64,000 bases of DNA from Methanobacteriota archaeon (GCA_002710015.1 PAOW01000033.1:8059-72058); one strand, 5' to 3'; shown: positions 18,771 through 29,719, numbered from the stretch's first letter. Numbers and translations: made by a program. Notes: generated by a model not told the origin, from the letters alone.

Positions 18771-21160
18771 ACCTCATGATTGACTAAGTGCAAAATTACC
18801 CTTCCTTCATCGTCCAATTCGAGCCATGAAAAAGAAACCCCCGAATCAGGTTGTAATGCTGAGATATTGACTGTCTGTCCCGCAGGGATAACAATGTCAT
18901 TAGATACGTTCCACTGCTTCCCATTGCCGTCAAATTCAATGTTTATTTCGACTTCACTCGACCCGGGGTTCTCAAGAATTAGGCTGCCGTTTTCTATCAT
19001 AACTGAGCCTATCCAGTGCTGTGTCCTTTCACCCAATGACTCGATTATCAGACTCGGCCCATCCCTAACAAGATATGTTATTGGCCTCTCGATTGACTCA
19101 CAATCTGTAATTGTTGAACCAGAAGGTACTAATAGACGGGTTTCGTTATCAGGATTATTTTTTGCTTGATAAACAATTGACATGTCCCACGTATGTTCGC
19201 CACTAATATTATCCCCGTTATACTCGACTTTATTTGTATCCAAGCAGTTTTCATCAGGATGATTGTAAGCTAAGACAGAATCACCAAACATCAACTCATC
19301 AGGGCCTAATATTACTCCTTCACTTGGTATAGAAAGGAAATGATCTTTTGAATATCCAGATTTGAAGGTATTATTGTAAATGGTAAACTGGTAATCTTCC
19401 AAATAACTCATGTCATCACCCGATAGTGCGATCAAACAAATTTCTGGATTCTTGATTTCAACAGATACGCTACCATTTTGATTTAGATTGTCCCAATATG
19501 TGTTGAGTGGTGATTCGGAGATATTGATGTATGAATCAATAGCTGTATTTAGTTCTAAACAGGCTTTTGGATCATCTAAATCTCCATTGAACTTCCAATC
19601 CCCTTTTGGATAAATATCGACATTGGGTTTCACTAAATTTTTCAATATTGCCTTTGAGTTTGTATCCACCTGCTCTACTTGCCATAATATATCAAATACT
19701 GATGGATTCCAGGGGGCTTCCCATTTGAAACTAAATTCTAATTCCAAATCTTGTTTGGGAGCGATTTCTCCATAGCATGAGTAATTGTCTAAGATCTTTC
19801 CAGTATTACAACTAATATTGCTATCAAGAGAAAAATCAGTTGCATGATAGTCTAGGAACTTGACTTTGTATGTCTGTTTAATTAGTGAAGGGTTACTTAC
19901 AACTATTGTTTGGTTAAACCAATCATCTTTTATTGAAAGTGTCTCATCTTCTAATTCCCATGTTATGCTGTCTCTCCAGTCCTCATCTTCGTAGAATGGA
20001 ATTTGGGCAGGTAACGCAGCTAAGAATGCGACAAATAGGATAACACCCAATCTGAAATGATCTTTTTCGGGTAATCCTTTGAAGTCATCTAAAACAACTG
20101 GTAATCTAGGATCACCTCCTCTCGAAATCAGCAGTGAACCACATAATGCAATGACTAGAACCCATATGCTCCATTGTGAAAATGCTCCATATAAGAATGC
20201 AAAGAGTAGAATTACTAACAACAACATTACCTGAGTAGATCCCGAACGTGCCTCGGGAATACCCATACGGGCAATTAGAACTCTACCTCCGGGGAATGTA
20301 GGTATTGGAAGTAGCGAAACCCATCCTACGAAGGTTAGCACCATCCCGACTCTCGTGAATGGATGAGCCCATGAAGTTTTGAGAATCAGTCCTAATTCGG
20401 ACTCCATACTTAATCCAATCAGTTGTATGATTAGCGGCAATTCCAGAACTAGAGGAGCTGCGTCAACAATAGCGTAGTCAGGTGTTAGGTAAATTCCAAA
20501 CAAGCAAAGGAATATTCCTGAAGTTATGATTACTAAAGGTGCTGATATTGCAGTATTTCCCAGAGTTGACCTATCAGGCCACAATCTAGCATCGCTCCTA
20601 GGGAGAGAAGCAAACCCAATTATTCCAAATGGCCACCATACTAAAGCGGGCCCAGGAATAGGGAATAAGTGCGGTAAGTGTACTCCTCTTTTCTTAGCCA
20701 CAAATTTCTGAATGAATGATGCTAAAATAAGTGTTGAAAATATTGGAACTGAATAACCTAAGAATGCATCAAAGGTTGCATTTTCAACAAACCAACCACC
20801 CTCTGGACGAGCAGATGATAACCATTTTTCACCTGCAAACATTGTAGTGAGAAGTGAAAACACCCACATTGCAATTACAAATCTCGGAGATGGCCATTGC
20901 ATTCTTGGATCTCGAATTAACTGAATAATCCAAGGATCGTCGGGATAAAGACGTGCATTATATCCAAGATTTTTCAAATGCGCATTTATCTCAATCAGGA
21001 CATCATGCATATTTTCATTCTCTCGCTCAGACACAACGAAAGTAGGGCTTCTACCGCCAACGTCCTCAATTACGTAGCAGTATCGGGACAAAATACGCTG
21101 CAATGTTTCCCGTTTTGTCCACGCTTCTTTGTGGACTTGGATTACATCTTCGCTAGACAT
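18767..21160 (-). CDS. Site-2 protease (M50)-like membrane protein, catalytically degenerate, with large C-terminal soluble domain
   Basis: S2P-like topology (A...G, LPHLFP, FGIIG, ISAP, HP, LLPIPTFPGGR); HExxH position reads ASFIQ and LDG reads FPG. Confidence 0.75.
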   Translation of the reverse strand: MSSEDVIQVHKEAWTKRETLQRILSRYCYVIEDVGGRSPTFVVSERENENMHDVLIEINAHLKNLGYNARLYPDDPWIIQLIRDPRMQWPSPRFVIAMWVFSLLTTMFAGEKWLSSARPEGGWFVENATFDAFLGYSVPIFSTLILASFIQKFVAKKRGVHLPHLFPIPGPALVWWPFGIIGFASLPRSDARLWPDRSTLGNTAISAPLVIITSGIFLCLFGIYLTPDYAIVDAAPLVLELPLIIQLIGLSMESELGLILKTSWAHPFTRVGMVLTFVGWVSLLPIPTFPGGRVLIARMGIPEARSGSTQVMLLLVILLFAFLYGAFSQWSIWVLVIALCGSLLISRGGDPRLPVVLDDFKGLPEKDHFRLGVILFVAFLAALPAQIPFYEDEDWRDSITWELEDETLSIKDDWFNQTIVVSNPSLIKQTYKVKFLDYHATDFSLDSNISCNTGKILDNYSCYGEIAPKQDLELEFSFKWEAPWNPSVFDILWQVEQVDTNSKAILKNLVKPNVDIYPKGDWKFNGDLDDPKACLELNTAIDSYINISESPLNTYWDNLNQNGSVSVEIKNPEICLIALSGDDMSYLEDYQFTIYNNTFKSGYSKDHFLSIPSEGVILGPDELMFGDSVLAYNHPDENCLDTNKVEYNGDNISGEHTWDMSIVYQAKNNPDNETRLLVPSGSTITDCESIERPITYLVRDGPSLIIESLGERTQHWIGSVMIENGSLILENPGSSEVEINIEFDGNGKQWNVSNDIVIPAGQTVNISALQPDSGVSFSWLELDDEGRVILHLVNHEV

Positions 21161-21222
21161 GCGGTTACTCTCCCGATATTTATCTGGGTGCAACCCACCT
21201 CAATGAATGAATTGGTTGCATG

Positions 21223-21840
21223 TCACTTATTCTTGAATCGTTTAAGACGGAATGTTTCTTCCCTCTCCATTTCTTCAAGTCTTAACTGAATGAATACTCT
21301 TGCTTCTTCGAGTTCTGGTATTACCTTGAACTCCAGTGCGTTTACTCTTCTTTTTGTTGCCTCGATTTCAGACAATAAGCGTTTCAGGGTTGCCTCCATT
21401 TCAGCTGCTTTTACCATTTTCTCGATAAGGCTGCCAAAAGAATCCGCCGCTTCATCGATATATGGTGAAGACCCAGTAAATCCTATAGCTCTGTCGCCAA
21501 ATTCTTGCTTCAGGTTGGTGCCTGAAACCGATGGTACGACAACACCCATGATGTTTCTTCTTTCAACCTCGACTTCTGGAGAAGATGAGTTAGCTATCGC
21601 AGCAGATCTAACTTTCAACCCACCTTCGATAGCGTTGGCCAAATCTATTCGTGATTTTGCTAATACATATGATGCAGTCAGCTCTTTTTTGGCTTTTATC
21701 ATATCTGAAAGAAGTGTTCTGAACTCGTGGAATAGACCATCTCGCTTCATCTTTAGCAATTTATATCCATTTTTTGTCTGCTTTATTCTGCGTTTAAGAT
21801 TGATTAATTCGCTTCGGGTTGGTTTGATATCCAGAGCCAT
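21223..21840 (-). CDS. atpD: A/V-type ATP synthase subunit D
   Basis: PTRSEL, GYKLLKMKRD, NIMGVVVP, TKRRVNALE, EREETFRLK. Confidence 0.97.
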   Translation of the reverse strand: MALDIKPTRSELINLKRRIKQTKNGYKLLKMKRDGLFHEFRTLLSDMIKAKKELTASYVLAKSRIDLANAIEGGLKVRSAAIANSSSPEVEVERRNIMGVVVPSVSGTNLKQEFGDRAIGFTGSSPYIDEAADSFGSLIEKMVKAAEMEATLKRLLSEIEATKRRVNALEFKVIPELEEARVFIQLRLEEMEREETFRLKRFKNK

Positions 21841-21869
21841 TTTAGTTCCCCCAAATCAATTACAGAATT

Positions 21870-23249
21870 TTAATCACGGTTGTCAGGATGATATTTCTCA
21901 ATCCATTTCTGATCCAAACGGACTAGATATTTGGTGTCAATCTCAGACATCAAGGTCCAACACAAATCCAGAGTCTCATCTATAGAACGATCTTCGTCTC
22001 GAGATTGCCTTAGGAATTTATCTTCAAATACTCCTGAGAAATCAAGCAGTTGCTTGTCACGCTCATTCAATGCATCTTCACCGACGATTGCTACAAGACC
22101 ACGCAGTTCTCTGCCTTGTGCGTATGCAGCATACATTTGGTCAGAGACAGATTTGTGATCTTCTCTAGTTGTATCTGCACCGATACATGAACCCATTAAT
22201 CGAGATAGAGATGGTAATACGTTAATTGGAGGGTATATACCCGCTTGATGCAATTCTCTTGAAATAACAATTTGTCCCTCTGTGATATATCCTGATAGAT
22301 CTGGGATTGGATGGGTTATATCGTCTCCCGGCATTGTTAGAATTGGGAATTGAGTAATACTTCCTTTCTTTCCTTTTACAATTCCTGCTCTTTCATAGAG
22401 CATAGCTAGATCGGTATACATGTATCCGGGATAACCACGACGTCCAGGAACTTCTTCTCTAGCTGCTCCAATCTGACGTAGCGCATCACAGTAGTTTGTC
22501 ATGTCTGTGTAAATGACAAGAACGTGGTAATCTTTCTCGAACGCAAGATACTCTGCAGCAGTCAGCGCAAGCCTTGGTGTAATAATTCGCTCAACAGCAG
22601 GATCGTCTGCAAGGTTTACGAATAATACAGCATTTTCAAGAGCACCTGTTCTCTCTAGGTCGCTTCTGAAGAAATTAAATTCTTCCGCAGTAATACCCAT
22701 TGCACAGAATACAACAATAAATTCCTCCTCAGAATCCTTCAGTCTTGCTTGCCTAGCGATTTGCAATGCGATGTCATTGTGTGGTAGACCTGATGCACTG
22801 AAGATAGGTAGCTTTTGTCCTCTAACTAGAGTAGTACAGCAGTCGATTGCACTAATTCCAGTTTGGATGAAATCGTGCGGACTTTGCCTTGAATACGGAT
22901 TGATAGCTGCACCGATGATATCTGCATTCTCTTCAGCCACAATATCCGGTCCACCATCACGTGGTCGTCCTGCACCATCCAGAATTCTTCCAATCAAGTC
23001 ATCAGATACTGGTAATTTGAAAACGTCTCCCATAAATTTGACACCAGTGTTTAGGTCAACTCCTGCTGTTCCTTCGAAAACCTGCACAACAACAAGTTCA
23101 TCTGAGGTATCAAGAACTTGTCCATTCTTGACTGAACCATCGTTCAATCTCAGTTGCACAATTTCTCCAAATGCTACAGGCTCAGTCTTGTTCAAAAAGA
23201 CCAGAGGTCCCTTTACATCAGTAATAGTTCGATATTCCTTTCCAGACAT
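21870..23249 (-). CDS. atpB: A/V-type ATP synthase subunit B
   Basis: [37 protein letters not shown]. Confidence 0.98.
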   Translation of the reverse strand: MSGKEYRTITDVKGPLVFLNKTEPVAFGEIVQLRLNDGSVKNGQVLDTSDELVVVQVFEGTAGVDLNTGVKFMGDVFKLPVSDDLIGRILDGAGRPRDGGPDIVAEENADIIGAAINPYSRQSPHDFIQTGISAIDCCTTLVRGQKLPIFSASGLPHNDIALQIARQARLKDSEEEFIVVFCAMGITAEEFNFFRSDLERTGALENAVLFVNLADDPAVERIITPRLALTAAEYLAFEKDYHVLVIYTDMTNYCDALRQIGAAREEVPGRRGYPGYMYTDLAMLYERAGIVKGKKGSITQFPILTMPGDDITHPIPDLSGYITEGQIVISRELHQAGIYPPINVLPSLSRLMGSCIGADTTREDHKSVSDQMYAAYAQGRELRGLVAIVGEDALNERDKQLLDFSGVFEDKFLRQSRDEDRSIDETLDLCWTLMSEIDTKYLVRLDQKWIEKYHPDNRD

Positions 23250-23260
23250 TTCTATTCCTC

Positions 23261-25000
23261 CTAATTCTCCTCAATCGCCCCTGCGATTTCATCATTCATC
23301 CTTTCAACCAATCCATCGATGTCATCTTTGTAGGTTGCCTCAAATCGGCCACGCATCAAATCAGTTCTAGCTGGAACGTTTACAACATCCTGAAGTTCTG
23401 CTCCTGCTGCCATTGCACTCTTTGCAGATTCTTGGAAGGTTAGAATGGCTTTTGCCATCTTGTAATGTAGGTCAACAGAACAGAATGCATCCACTTCGTG
23501 GAATCCATTTTGTTGAAGGAAATACTCACGAATCATACGTGCGACTTCCAAAGTCAACTGTTGGTCAACAGGCAGTGCATCAGAACCAACCAATTGGACA
23601 ATTTCTTGCAATTCTGCTTCTACCTGTAACAAACCACTAATTGCAGTTCTAATTTCAGGATAATCTTGTGCAATATTGTCACGGAACCACTGATCGAGAG
23701 ATGGTGGATATAGACTGTATGAACCAAGCCAGTTGATAGCAGGGAAATGCCTCTGTCTTGCTAGACCTGCATCTAATCCCCAGAATACCTTTACAATACG
23801 TAATGTTCCCTGAGAAACCGGCTCAGATATGTCACCACCTGGAGGTGATACAGCACCGATTACAGTTACTGAGCCGTCATCTCCGTTCAGTGTTTGAACA
23901 CGACCTGCTCGCTCATAGAATTCTGCAATTCTACTTGATAGGTAAGCAGGATAACCTTCCTCACCAGGCATTTCTTCAAGTCGTGAAGAAATTTCACGCA
24001 TTGCTTCTGCCCATCGACTGGTTGAATCCGCCATCAATGCTACATCATATCCCATGTCTCTGAAGTATTCCGCAATTGTAATTCCAGTGTATACAGATGC
24101 TTCACGAGCTGCTACTGGCATGTTGGATGTATTCGCAATCATGACTGTTCTGTTCATCAGGGGCTTTCCTGTGTTTGGATCAATAAGGTGGGGGAATTCG
24201 TCCAATACTTCTGTCATCTCGTTTCCTCGCTCACCACATCCGATGTAAACAACAATCTGAGCATCGGAATACTTTGCTAAAGATTGCTGTGTTACTGTCT
24301 TGCCTGATCCGAATGGACCTGGAATACCTGCTGCTCCACCCTTAGCTAGAGGGAACAAGAAATCAAGAATCCGCATTCCAGTGATTAGTGGTGTGTCCGG
24401 GGCATATTTCTGCTGGTATGGGCGAGGTGTTCTAACCGGCCACTTTTGCATCATCTGCATCGCAGTCCCGTCTTCTAAAACACAAACGTCCTCTGTTACG
24501 TTGAAGTCTCCAGTTGAAATTGATTTTACAACTCCACCCTTACCAGGGGGTACCATAATCTTGTGGACAATGGTCTCAGTTTCCTGGACAGTTCCAATGA
24601 CCTGTCCACTAACTACCTCGTCACCTTTTGCGACTGTTGCCTCAAATTTCCACTTCTTCTCCATGTCAAATCCATCTGCATCAACACCTCTTGTAATGAA
24701 TACACCCATAACTTCCTCTAAGGTTGCTAATGGTCGCTGAATACCATCATAAATTTGGGTCAGTAAACCTGGTCCTAGTGCGACTGATAAGGTCTCACGA
24801 GTGTTTAGGACTGGTTCGCCCGGGCGAATTCCGCTCGTATCTTCGTATACCTGAATTACAGCCTTATCGCCGTGTAGTTCGATAACCTCTCCCATCAGAC
24901 CTTCATGTCCTACACGAACCACATCATACATTCCCGCTTCCATTCCAGTAGCTGTTACAACAGGCCCTGATATTCGGTAAATTACTCCTTCATTGCTCAT
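23261..25000 (-). CDS. atpA: A/V-type ATP synthase subunit A
   Basis: [34 protein letters not shown]; no intein; ATG 25000 follows a GGAGG RBS. Confidence 0.98.
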   Translation of the reverse strand: MSNEGVIYRISGPVVTATGMEAGMYDVVRVGHEGLMGEVIELHGDKAVIQVYEDTSGIRPGEPVLNTRETLSVALGPGLLTQIYDGIQRPLATLEEVMGVFITRGVDADGFDMEKKWKFEATVAKGDEVVSGQVIGTVQETETIVHKIMVPPGKGGVVKSISTGDFNVTEDVCVLEDGTAMQMMQKWPVRTPRPYQQKYAPDTPLITGMRILDFLFPLAKGGAAGIPGPFGSGKTVTQQSLAKYSDAQIVVYIGCGERGNEMTEVLDEFPHLIDPNTGKPLMNRTVMIANTSNMPVAAREASVYTGITIAEYFRDMGYDVALMADSTSRWAEAMREISSRLEEMPGEEGYPAYLSSRIAEFYERAGRVQTLNGDDGSVTVIGAVSPPGGDISEPVSQGTLRIVKVFWGLDAGLARQRHFPAINWLGSYSLYPPSLDQWFRDNIAQDYPEIRTAISGLLQVEAELQEIVQLVGSDALPVDQQLTLEVARMIREYFLQQNGFHEVDAFCSVDLHYKMAKAILTFQESAKSAMAAGAELQDVVNVPARTDLMRGRFEATYKDDIDGLVERMNDEIAGAIEEN

Positions 25001-25029
25001 TTCCTCTTCCTCCTTGGGTTTGGTTGGAA

Positions 25030-25329
25030 TCACTTCCACAAATCAACTCCTATTGCCTTGCGAATTGTTTCGCGAAGGGTTGTATCCTCCTCAGTCCCTA
25101 TACCAAGGACTGTCGGAGTGACACTTTCTGATAGTCTCTCTTTGAGACGCTCAGGTAAGGAAGCCAGCATTGCGGAGTCGACGACCACAATGCCCACGCC
25201 CTTTGTTGTAAGTAAATCCCTGAATACCTTTGAGGTGTCTTCCTCTCCTTCAGGGTTGTATAGAGTGCTGATTCCTGCCAATTGGAATCCTAGAGTGAAT
25301 TCCGGACTGCCTACAACTGCAATTTCCAT
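25030..25329 (-). CDS. atpF: A/V-type ATP synthase subunit F
   Basis: [26 protein letters not shown]; operon position. Confidence 0.95.
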   Translation of the reverse strand: MEIAVVGSPEFTLGFQLAGISTLYNPEGEEDTSKVFRDLLTTKGVGIVVVDSAMLASLPERLKERLSESVTPTVLGIGTEEDTTLRETIRKAIGVDLWK

Positions 25330-25338
25330 AATATCACC

Positions 25339-26379
25339 CTACAATACGTGTGCCTCCAGCACATCTGTTGTTAATCCTGCCATTTTCCCTCTTACAATGA
25401 AGCGTAAATCTTCAACTTCTTGAACTTTTGATGATACATAATGTATAATCGGTAAGGCTGATATTGGATGGAGGTAACTCATCCGCTGCATTTGAGTTGT
25501 TTCTCGGTTTTTTAACCAAGTAATGGCTGGATCTAATGTTCTTTTTTCATCGGATTCAATCAGTAGGTTTTGGAAACCTTCAGAGTCAAATTTACTAGAT
25601 AACCTAAGCACATCTAACAAACCATCCCTGCTGTTACTAGCTTGGGAAAAACTCCTTTCTGATATGAGACGCCCACCTGGAATGAGCGCATCTGTGATTT
25701 CCTCGCTGGACAGGCCAAACGCTTGTCCCTCGAGTATGTTGATAATATTGCGATGGTCAATTTCTGCACATACATGGTTTTTCAGAATGCGTATTTCAGG
25801 AGATCCCCCTTTTAGCATACTTAGCGACCGCTTGAAGTAATGCCTATCAAGGGCATCTTCGTATTTCTGCAATCCTTCTTCTTCACCCACTGCGAGCATG
25901 GCTTTCCCGAAAGGAAGTCTGCGCATTTGCTCAACAGCTTCGCGTATTGTGTTCGATTCTTCAATAATCTTTAGCCAAGGAGTGTTGATTTCACTCTCCT
26001 CGGGCAAAATGGAATGCGCGACTTTCTTGACATCTACTTCGTTGTCAACCGCACGTAATACTACCTTTGCATTCTGATATTGGAATCTGTTAGTGTAGAT
26101 TTCTACAATTCCTCTAACCTTCCCATTACACAGATTTAGAATATTGGACAATTCTTCTTGCAGATTGTGTGTCAATGCTGCCTCTACTAAATCTCCACCA
26201 GTGAAATGACCTGCATACAAGTCAATTTCAGCTCTGTAACCATTGTCTGCGACTGCGACCGTTAGTTGGTCAGGAGATTGTTGGATTAACTGACGTAACC
26301 TTGTTCTATCCATTAGACTGGATCTGCGTGACTTCGCACGAGCGGCTACATATGCAGTATTATTCCCGAAGATTGCCAT
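25339..26379 (-). CDS. atpC: A/V-type ATP synthase subunit C
   Basis: YVAARAK, LDRHYF, EIDHRNI, LIPGG, LRFIVRGK; operon position. Confidence 0.9.
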   Translation of the reverse strand: MAIFGNNTAYVAARAKSRRSSLMDRTRLRQLIQQSPDQLTVAVADNGYRAEIDLYAGHFTGGDLVEAALTHNLQEELSNILNLCNGKVRGIVEIYTNRFQYQNAKVVLRAVDNEVDVKKVAHSILPEESEINTPWLKIIEESNTIREAVEQMRRLPFGKAMLAVGEEEGLQKYEDALDRHYFKRSLSMLKGGSPEIRILKNHVCAEIDHRNIINILEGQAFGLSSEEITDALIPGGRLISERSFSQASNSRDGLLDVLRLSSKFDSEGFQNLLIESDEKRTLDPAITWLKNRETTQMQRMSYLHPISALPIIHYVSSKVQEVEDLRFIVRGKMAGLTTDVLEAHVL

Positions 26380-26396
26380 ATAATCGACTCCTTTTA

Positions 26397-26960
26397 TCAT
26401 CCAAATAGGGCCTCATTAACCGCTGCTCTCTGCTCCACCCAAGCCTCTTCCAACAATGTGTCGAATCTCAGGTCAAACGAGAGTGTTCCATCTTCGGCTT
26501 CAAGGATGAAGCCTCCCAATCCATCAACATCGTCTCCCATCGTGTAACTCTTTGCGGAGTCTGCTAGGGCAGACCTGTCGATTTTAGTTGGTCGCATTAC
26601 CATTTTCGCTTTGCTAAGTGCTCCTGCTTTCTTTACAAGGCTCTTCAATAGGCTAGCACGGCCGGCAAGGCTTGCGTCTCCTAATTGAGCTCGTGCACTT
26701 TCTAGAGTTGCGTCTAGTTCAGCACGGCGAGCGACAAGGATTTCTTTTTGATTGGCTTGGCGAGCAGATGCGACCATTTCTCTTGCAATTTGGTCTGCTT
26801 CCTTGCTCGCCTTTGTCGAAGCGTCTCCTTCAATGGATGCCGCACGACTTTTTGCCTCATCAACAATGGCTTTGGCTTCATCTTTGGCCGCCTTTATGGT
26901 AGCCTTAGCTTCCGCTTCTGCTGAAGCGGAAATATCCTTTGCGAGTTGTTCTAGCGTCAT
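26397..26960 (-). CDS. atpE: A/V-type ATP synthase subunit E
   Basis: N-terminal coiled coil, GGFIL..DG...D.RFD, ends LFG; operon position. Confidence 0.9.
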   Translation of the reverse strand: MTLEQLAKDISASAEAEAKATIKAAKDEAKAIVDEAKSRAASIEGDASTKASKEADQIAREMVASARQANQKEILVARRAELDATLESARAQLGDASLAGRASLLKSLVKKAGALSKAKMVMRPTKIDRSALADSAKSYTMGDDVDGLGGFILEAEDGTLSFDLRFDTLLEEAWVEQRAAVNEALFG

Positions 26961-26972
26961 TTATTCACCTCC

Positions 26973-27006
26973 GGCTCCACACCGAGATTTAATCTCGGGG
27001 GCAGCC
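26973..27006 (-). promoter_or_regulatory. Stem-loop immediately downstream of atpK
   Basis: Perfect inverted repeat CCGAGAT-TTA-ATCTCGG (26982-26998), extended by GGCT...AGCC. Confidence 0.6.
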
Positions 27007-27014
27007 TTGACTGC

Positions 27015-27323
27015 TCATAGGAACAGTGGTAGTGCACCTAGAATAACGATAGATTCTGGCAAAGCTGTGAAAATTAGAGCAGGTCCGAACTTGGATCCGT
27101 CCTCAGCAAGCATACCGACAGCAGCGCTACCGATGCTAGCTTGTGATACTCCAGCACCAATTGCTGCTAGACCCAATGCTATTCCTGCGCCCATATACTT
27201 ACCCCAGTCATCATATTCACCAGCGTCAGTGGTGTTAACCGCAAGGACGCTTTGTGCAATCATTGTGATGCTCATGAGAACAAGTAATAGTCTCAGGCTC
27301 AATTTCATACTTTTTTTCTTCAT
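27015..27323 (-). CDS. atpK: A/V-type ATP synthase subunit K (c, proteolipid) with N-terminal signal-peptide-like extension
   Basis: GLAAIGAGVSQASIGSAAVG, FTALPESIVI with the carrier Glu; ATG 27323 follows GGAGGT. Confidence 0.93.
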   Translation of the reverse strand: MKKKSMKLSLRLLLVLMSITMIAQSVLAVNTTDAGEYDDWGKYMGAGIALGLAAIGAGVSQASIGSAAVGMLAEDGSKFGPALIFTALPESIVILGALPLFL

Positions 27324-27352
27324 ATTTTTACCTCCATTTTTGTCCATTTGGA

Positions 27353-29392
27353 CTATGATTTGTGACCCTCCACATGAAGGGGACGGCCGCCAATTGGTGA
27401 GAATGCTTCACCAGAGCCATCGTAGAACTTCCCCATCCACTCTACGAAATGTAGACGGATAGCGTGAATGCTTGGGGACAATAGACCGAGCGCAAGTGCG
27501 AATACTTGAACACCAATCCATATGAAAAAGAACAAAACTGCTGAGATTATCTCTCCCGAAGAAATCGCATCGGCCATGCTGTGGAATCCCATCTCATTGC
27601 CGATTTCTGCAATTTTTACACCCGCAACACCTACTGCCATAATACGCAGATAAGATAGCGTGTTTGCAAGAAGGCCAAATGTTTCAATTGGGCCCATTAT
27701 TATGCCACCCAGCCAGCCGAAATTTTCGTAGACAGCTAGCCCATATATCAAACACAATACGCCAACAATGACCATTATAGACCAAGATGATGCTTCAAAT
27801 GTTCCATAGGAGTCGTCAGTTAGGAAGCGTAGAATGTGTGCTGAGCCACCGATTAGGATAAGCAACCAGGAGCCTTTTTCGAAGAAAGCAGCAACAATTC
27901 CGTGTGCTTTGAATACGTTGTAGAATCCAATTAAGAAGCCAAATAGAAGATGTGCACATCCAAGATAGATAGATAGTAGGATGTAATCCTGCAGTGCTCC
28001 AGCTGCTCTGTGGAATGGTAAATATGTGTGAGTAAGTCCAAATAATTCACCGAAAATGGAGTCTGGTATGATGTATTTCGTAGAGGAATACATCGGCTCA
28101 TACAACCAGACAAACGCATCCCATTTTTCTATGACGAAACCAAATGCCTCTGCTGTCAAGACGCCAACAATGAATGTTGCAATTCCCATATTCATTAGAA
28201 TCCTTGATGCCACTTTACCCATAGGATCGTGGCCAATCTTAGACCTGATTAACAATGCCAATAGCATGATTACAAGCCCGTAACCAGCATCTCCCAGAAT
28301 CAAACCGTAGAAAATTGGGAAGGTGAAAGCAATCATACTGGTTGGATCAAACGAACCATATTTTGGCCTACCAACTAGGTTTGTCAATACAGATGCATGT
28401 CGAGTTGCCTCGATGGTATCATACTCTATTGGAGGCATTTCTGTTTCATGGTGACCATGATCATCATGCCCATGTCCGTGGTCTTCTGTGAATTCTTCTA
28501 TCTTAATGTGTGAGGAGTATTTGGATAATACACTTCTTGCAGAATCTGACTCAGAGGATGGTAGCCAAGCTTCAAGAGCGTAAGCGTGCGCACTGGTTGC
28601 ACAGAGATTGTGGCCAGTCAGGATGTCTGACTCTCTTTCGAGATACTCCTCAATAGCAAGTAGAATCCTTCCATTCTTGTTTGCCCAAGATTCTATTTCG
28701 TTGTCGAAATTGACAATAGAATTTTCATGTTTTTCTAAGCTCTTTTGTGCAGATGATAATAGATCGCTAGGTTTTCCCTCACCAGTTGGTATCTGAACAG
28801 ACTTGGCCCCAAGTTCTCCCATAGCCATCTGGACTTCAGCAGCATCCTTGCCTTGACAAGCAACTGCAATTACGTTCCCAGCAACATGAAGTTCCACTCT
28901 ATCTTTCAAATCTGCAAAAACTTTTGGGATTTTGTTTCTTTTGCTGAAAGTACCTAAGTAAACCTCGACTGATTTTACTCCAGTCATTAGTTCCAAAGGT
29001 ATGTTAAGAGAACTTATAGAGGAAAGAATTTCAATCCTCTCCTGCATTTTTGCGATTTCTGAATTTGCGTTTGCCTTTTGCGTAATATTATTTAGGACAG
29101 AATCTAATTCTTCTGAGAAATTGTCATCTAATGATTTTTTCACATCCTTTATGTTGACAGGTCCTTTCCTGTTCGAGCATTTAATTGAGGTTGTTACCGA
29201 CCTAACCTTTGCAAGCATTGCAGAAATTTCATCAGCGTCGGGATGTGGTGTCCCCACAGTGATACCTTCAACCTCGCCAGAATATGGTTTAATGTGTATG
29301 TGGCCTAAATCAGCACACTTTCTGAGTAATTCGTCCAGTTTGTCAACCGACCCGGCCATTGTCAATTTTGACATTTCTACCGAACTGAACAT
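27353..29392 (-). CDS. atpI: A/V-type ATP synthase subunit I (a)
   Basis: PKYGSFDPT, FYGLILGDAGYG, NTLSYLRIMA, HAIRLHFVEW.KFY. Confidence 0.96.
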   Translation of the reverse strand: MFSSVEMSKLTMAGSVDKLDELLRKCADLGHIHIKPYSGEVEGITVGTPHPDADEISAMLAKVRSVTTSIKCSNRKGPVNIKDVKKSLDDNFSEELDSVLNNITQKANANSEIAKMQERIEILSSISSLNIPLELMTGVKSVEVYLGTFSKRNKIPKVFADLKDRVELHVAGNVIAVACQGKDAAEVQMAMGELGAKSVQIPTGEGKPSDLLSSAQKSLEKHENSIVNFDNEIESWANKNGRILLAIEEYLERESDILTGHNLCATSAHAYALEAWLPSSESDSARSVLSKYSSHIKIEEFTEDHGHGHDDHGHHETEMPPIEYDTIEATRHASVLTNLVGRPKYGSFDPTSMIAFTFPIFYGLILGDAGYGLVIMLLALLIRSKIGHDPMGKVASRILMNMGIATFIVGVLTAEAFGFVIEKWDAFVWLYEPMYSSTKYIIPDSIFGELFGLTHTYLPFHRAAGALQDYILLSIYLGCAHLLFGFLIGFYNVFKAHGIVAAFFEKGSWLLILIGGSAHILRFLTDDSYGTFEASSWSIMVIVGVLCLIYGLAVYENFGWLGGIIMGPIETFGLLANTLSYLRIMAVGVAGVKIAEIGNEMGFHSMADAISSGEIISAVLFFFIWIGVQVFALALGLLSPSIHAIRLHFVEWMGKFYDGSGEAFSPIGGRPLHVEGHKS

Positions 29393-29401
29393 AATCACAC
29401 C

Positions 29402-29719
29402 TCAGTTTGACATTAGAGAATCTATTACAATCTTAACAGCAGATTTTCGTCGATCACCAGCGGAACTCTGAATGCTTTCTACTGCCTTGGCACCTTCTTT
29501 GTGAACCGTGCCCGCTTCTTTGCCAGCTTTTTCACGAGCGGAATCTAGGGTAGCGACTGTCGAACTCACCGAACCGTCTTGAGCGTTCTGAATAATCTCG
29601 AGTGCTTCTTTCCTAGCATCTGAAATAATTTTTGCTGCTTCTTCCTTGGACGCCGTAATTTTGGCGTCAGCGGCTTCCTCAGCGTTTTTTATGCTTTGAA
29701 GGACGTCTGGTAGACCCAT
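29402..29719 (-). CDS. atpH: A/V-type ATP synthase subunit H (G-like stator)
   Basis: VLQSIKNAEEAA helical pattern; first gene of the atp operon; ATG 29719 follows a GGGTGA RBS. Confidence 0.85.
   Translation of the reverse strand: MGLPDVLQSIKNAEEAADAKITASKEEAAKIISDARKEALEIIQNAQDGSVSSTVATLDSAREKAGKEAGTVHKEGAKAVESIQSSAGDRRKSAVKIVIDSLMSN

Noticed and set aside
21290-21985. 231-aa plus-strand ORF (similarly 22771-23370, 26752-27462, 31007-31522)
   Set aside because: Antisense shadows of well-supported genes, with no motifs of their own.
23261-25000. Intein in atpA (also checked cdc6 and smc)
   Set aside because: Lengths are normal and motifs contiguous; no splicing or homing endonuclease signatures.
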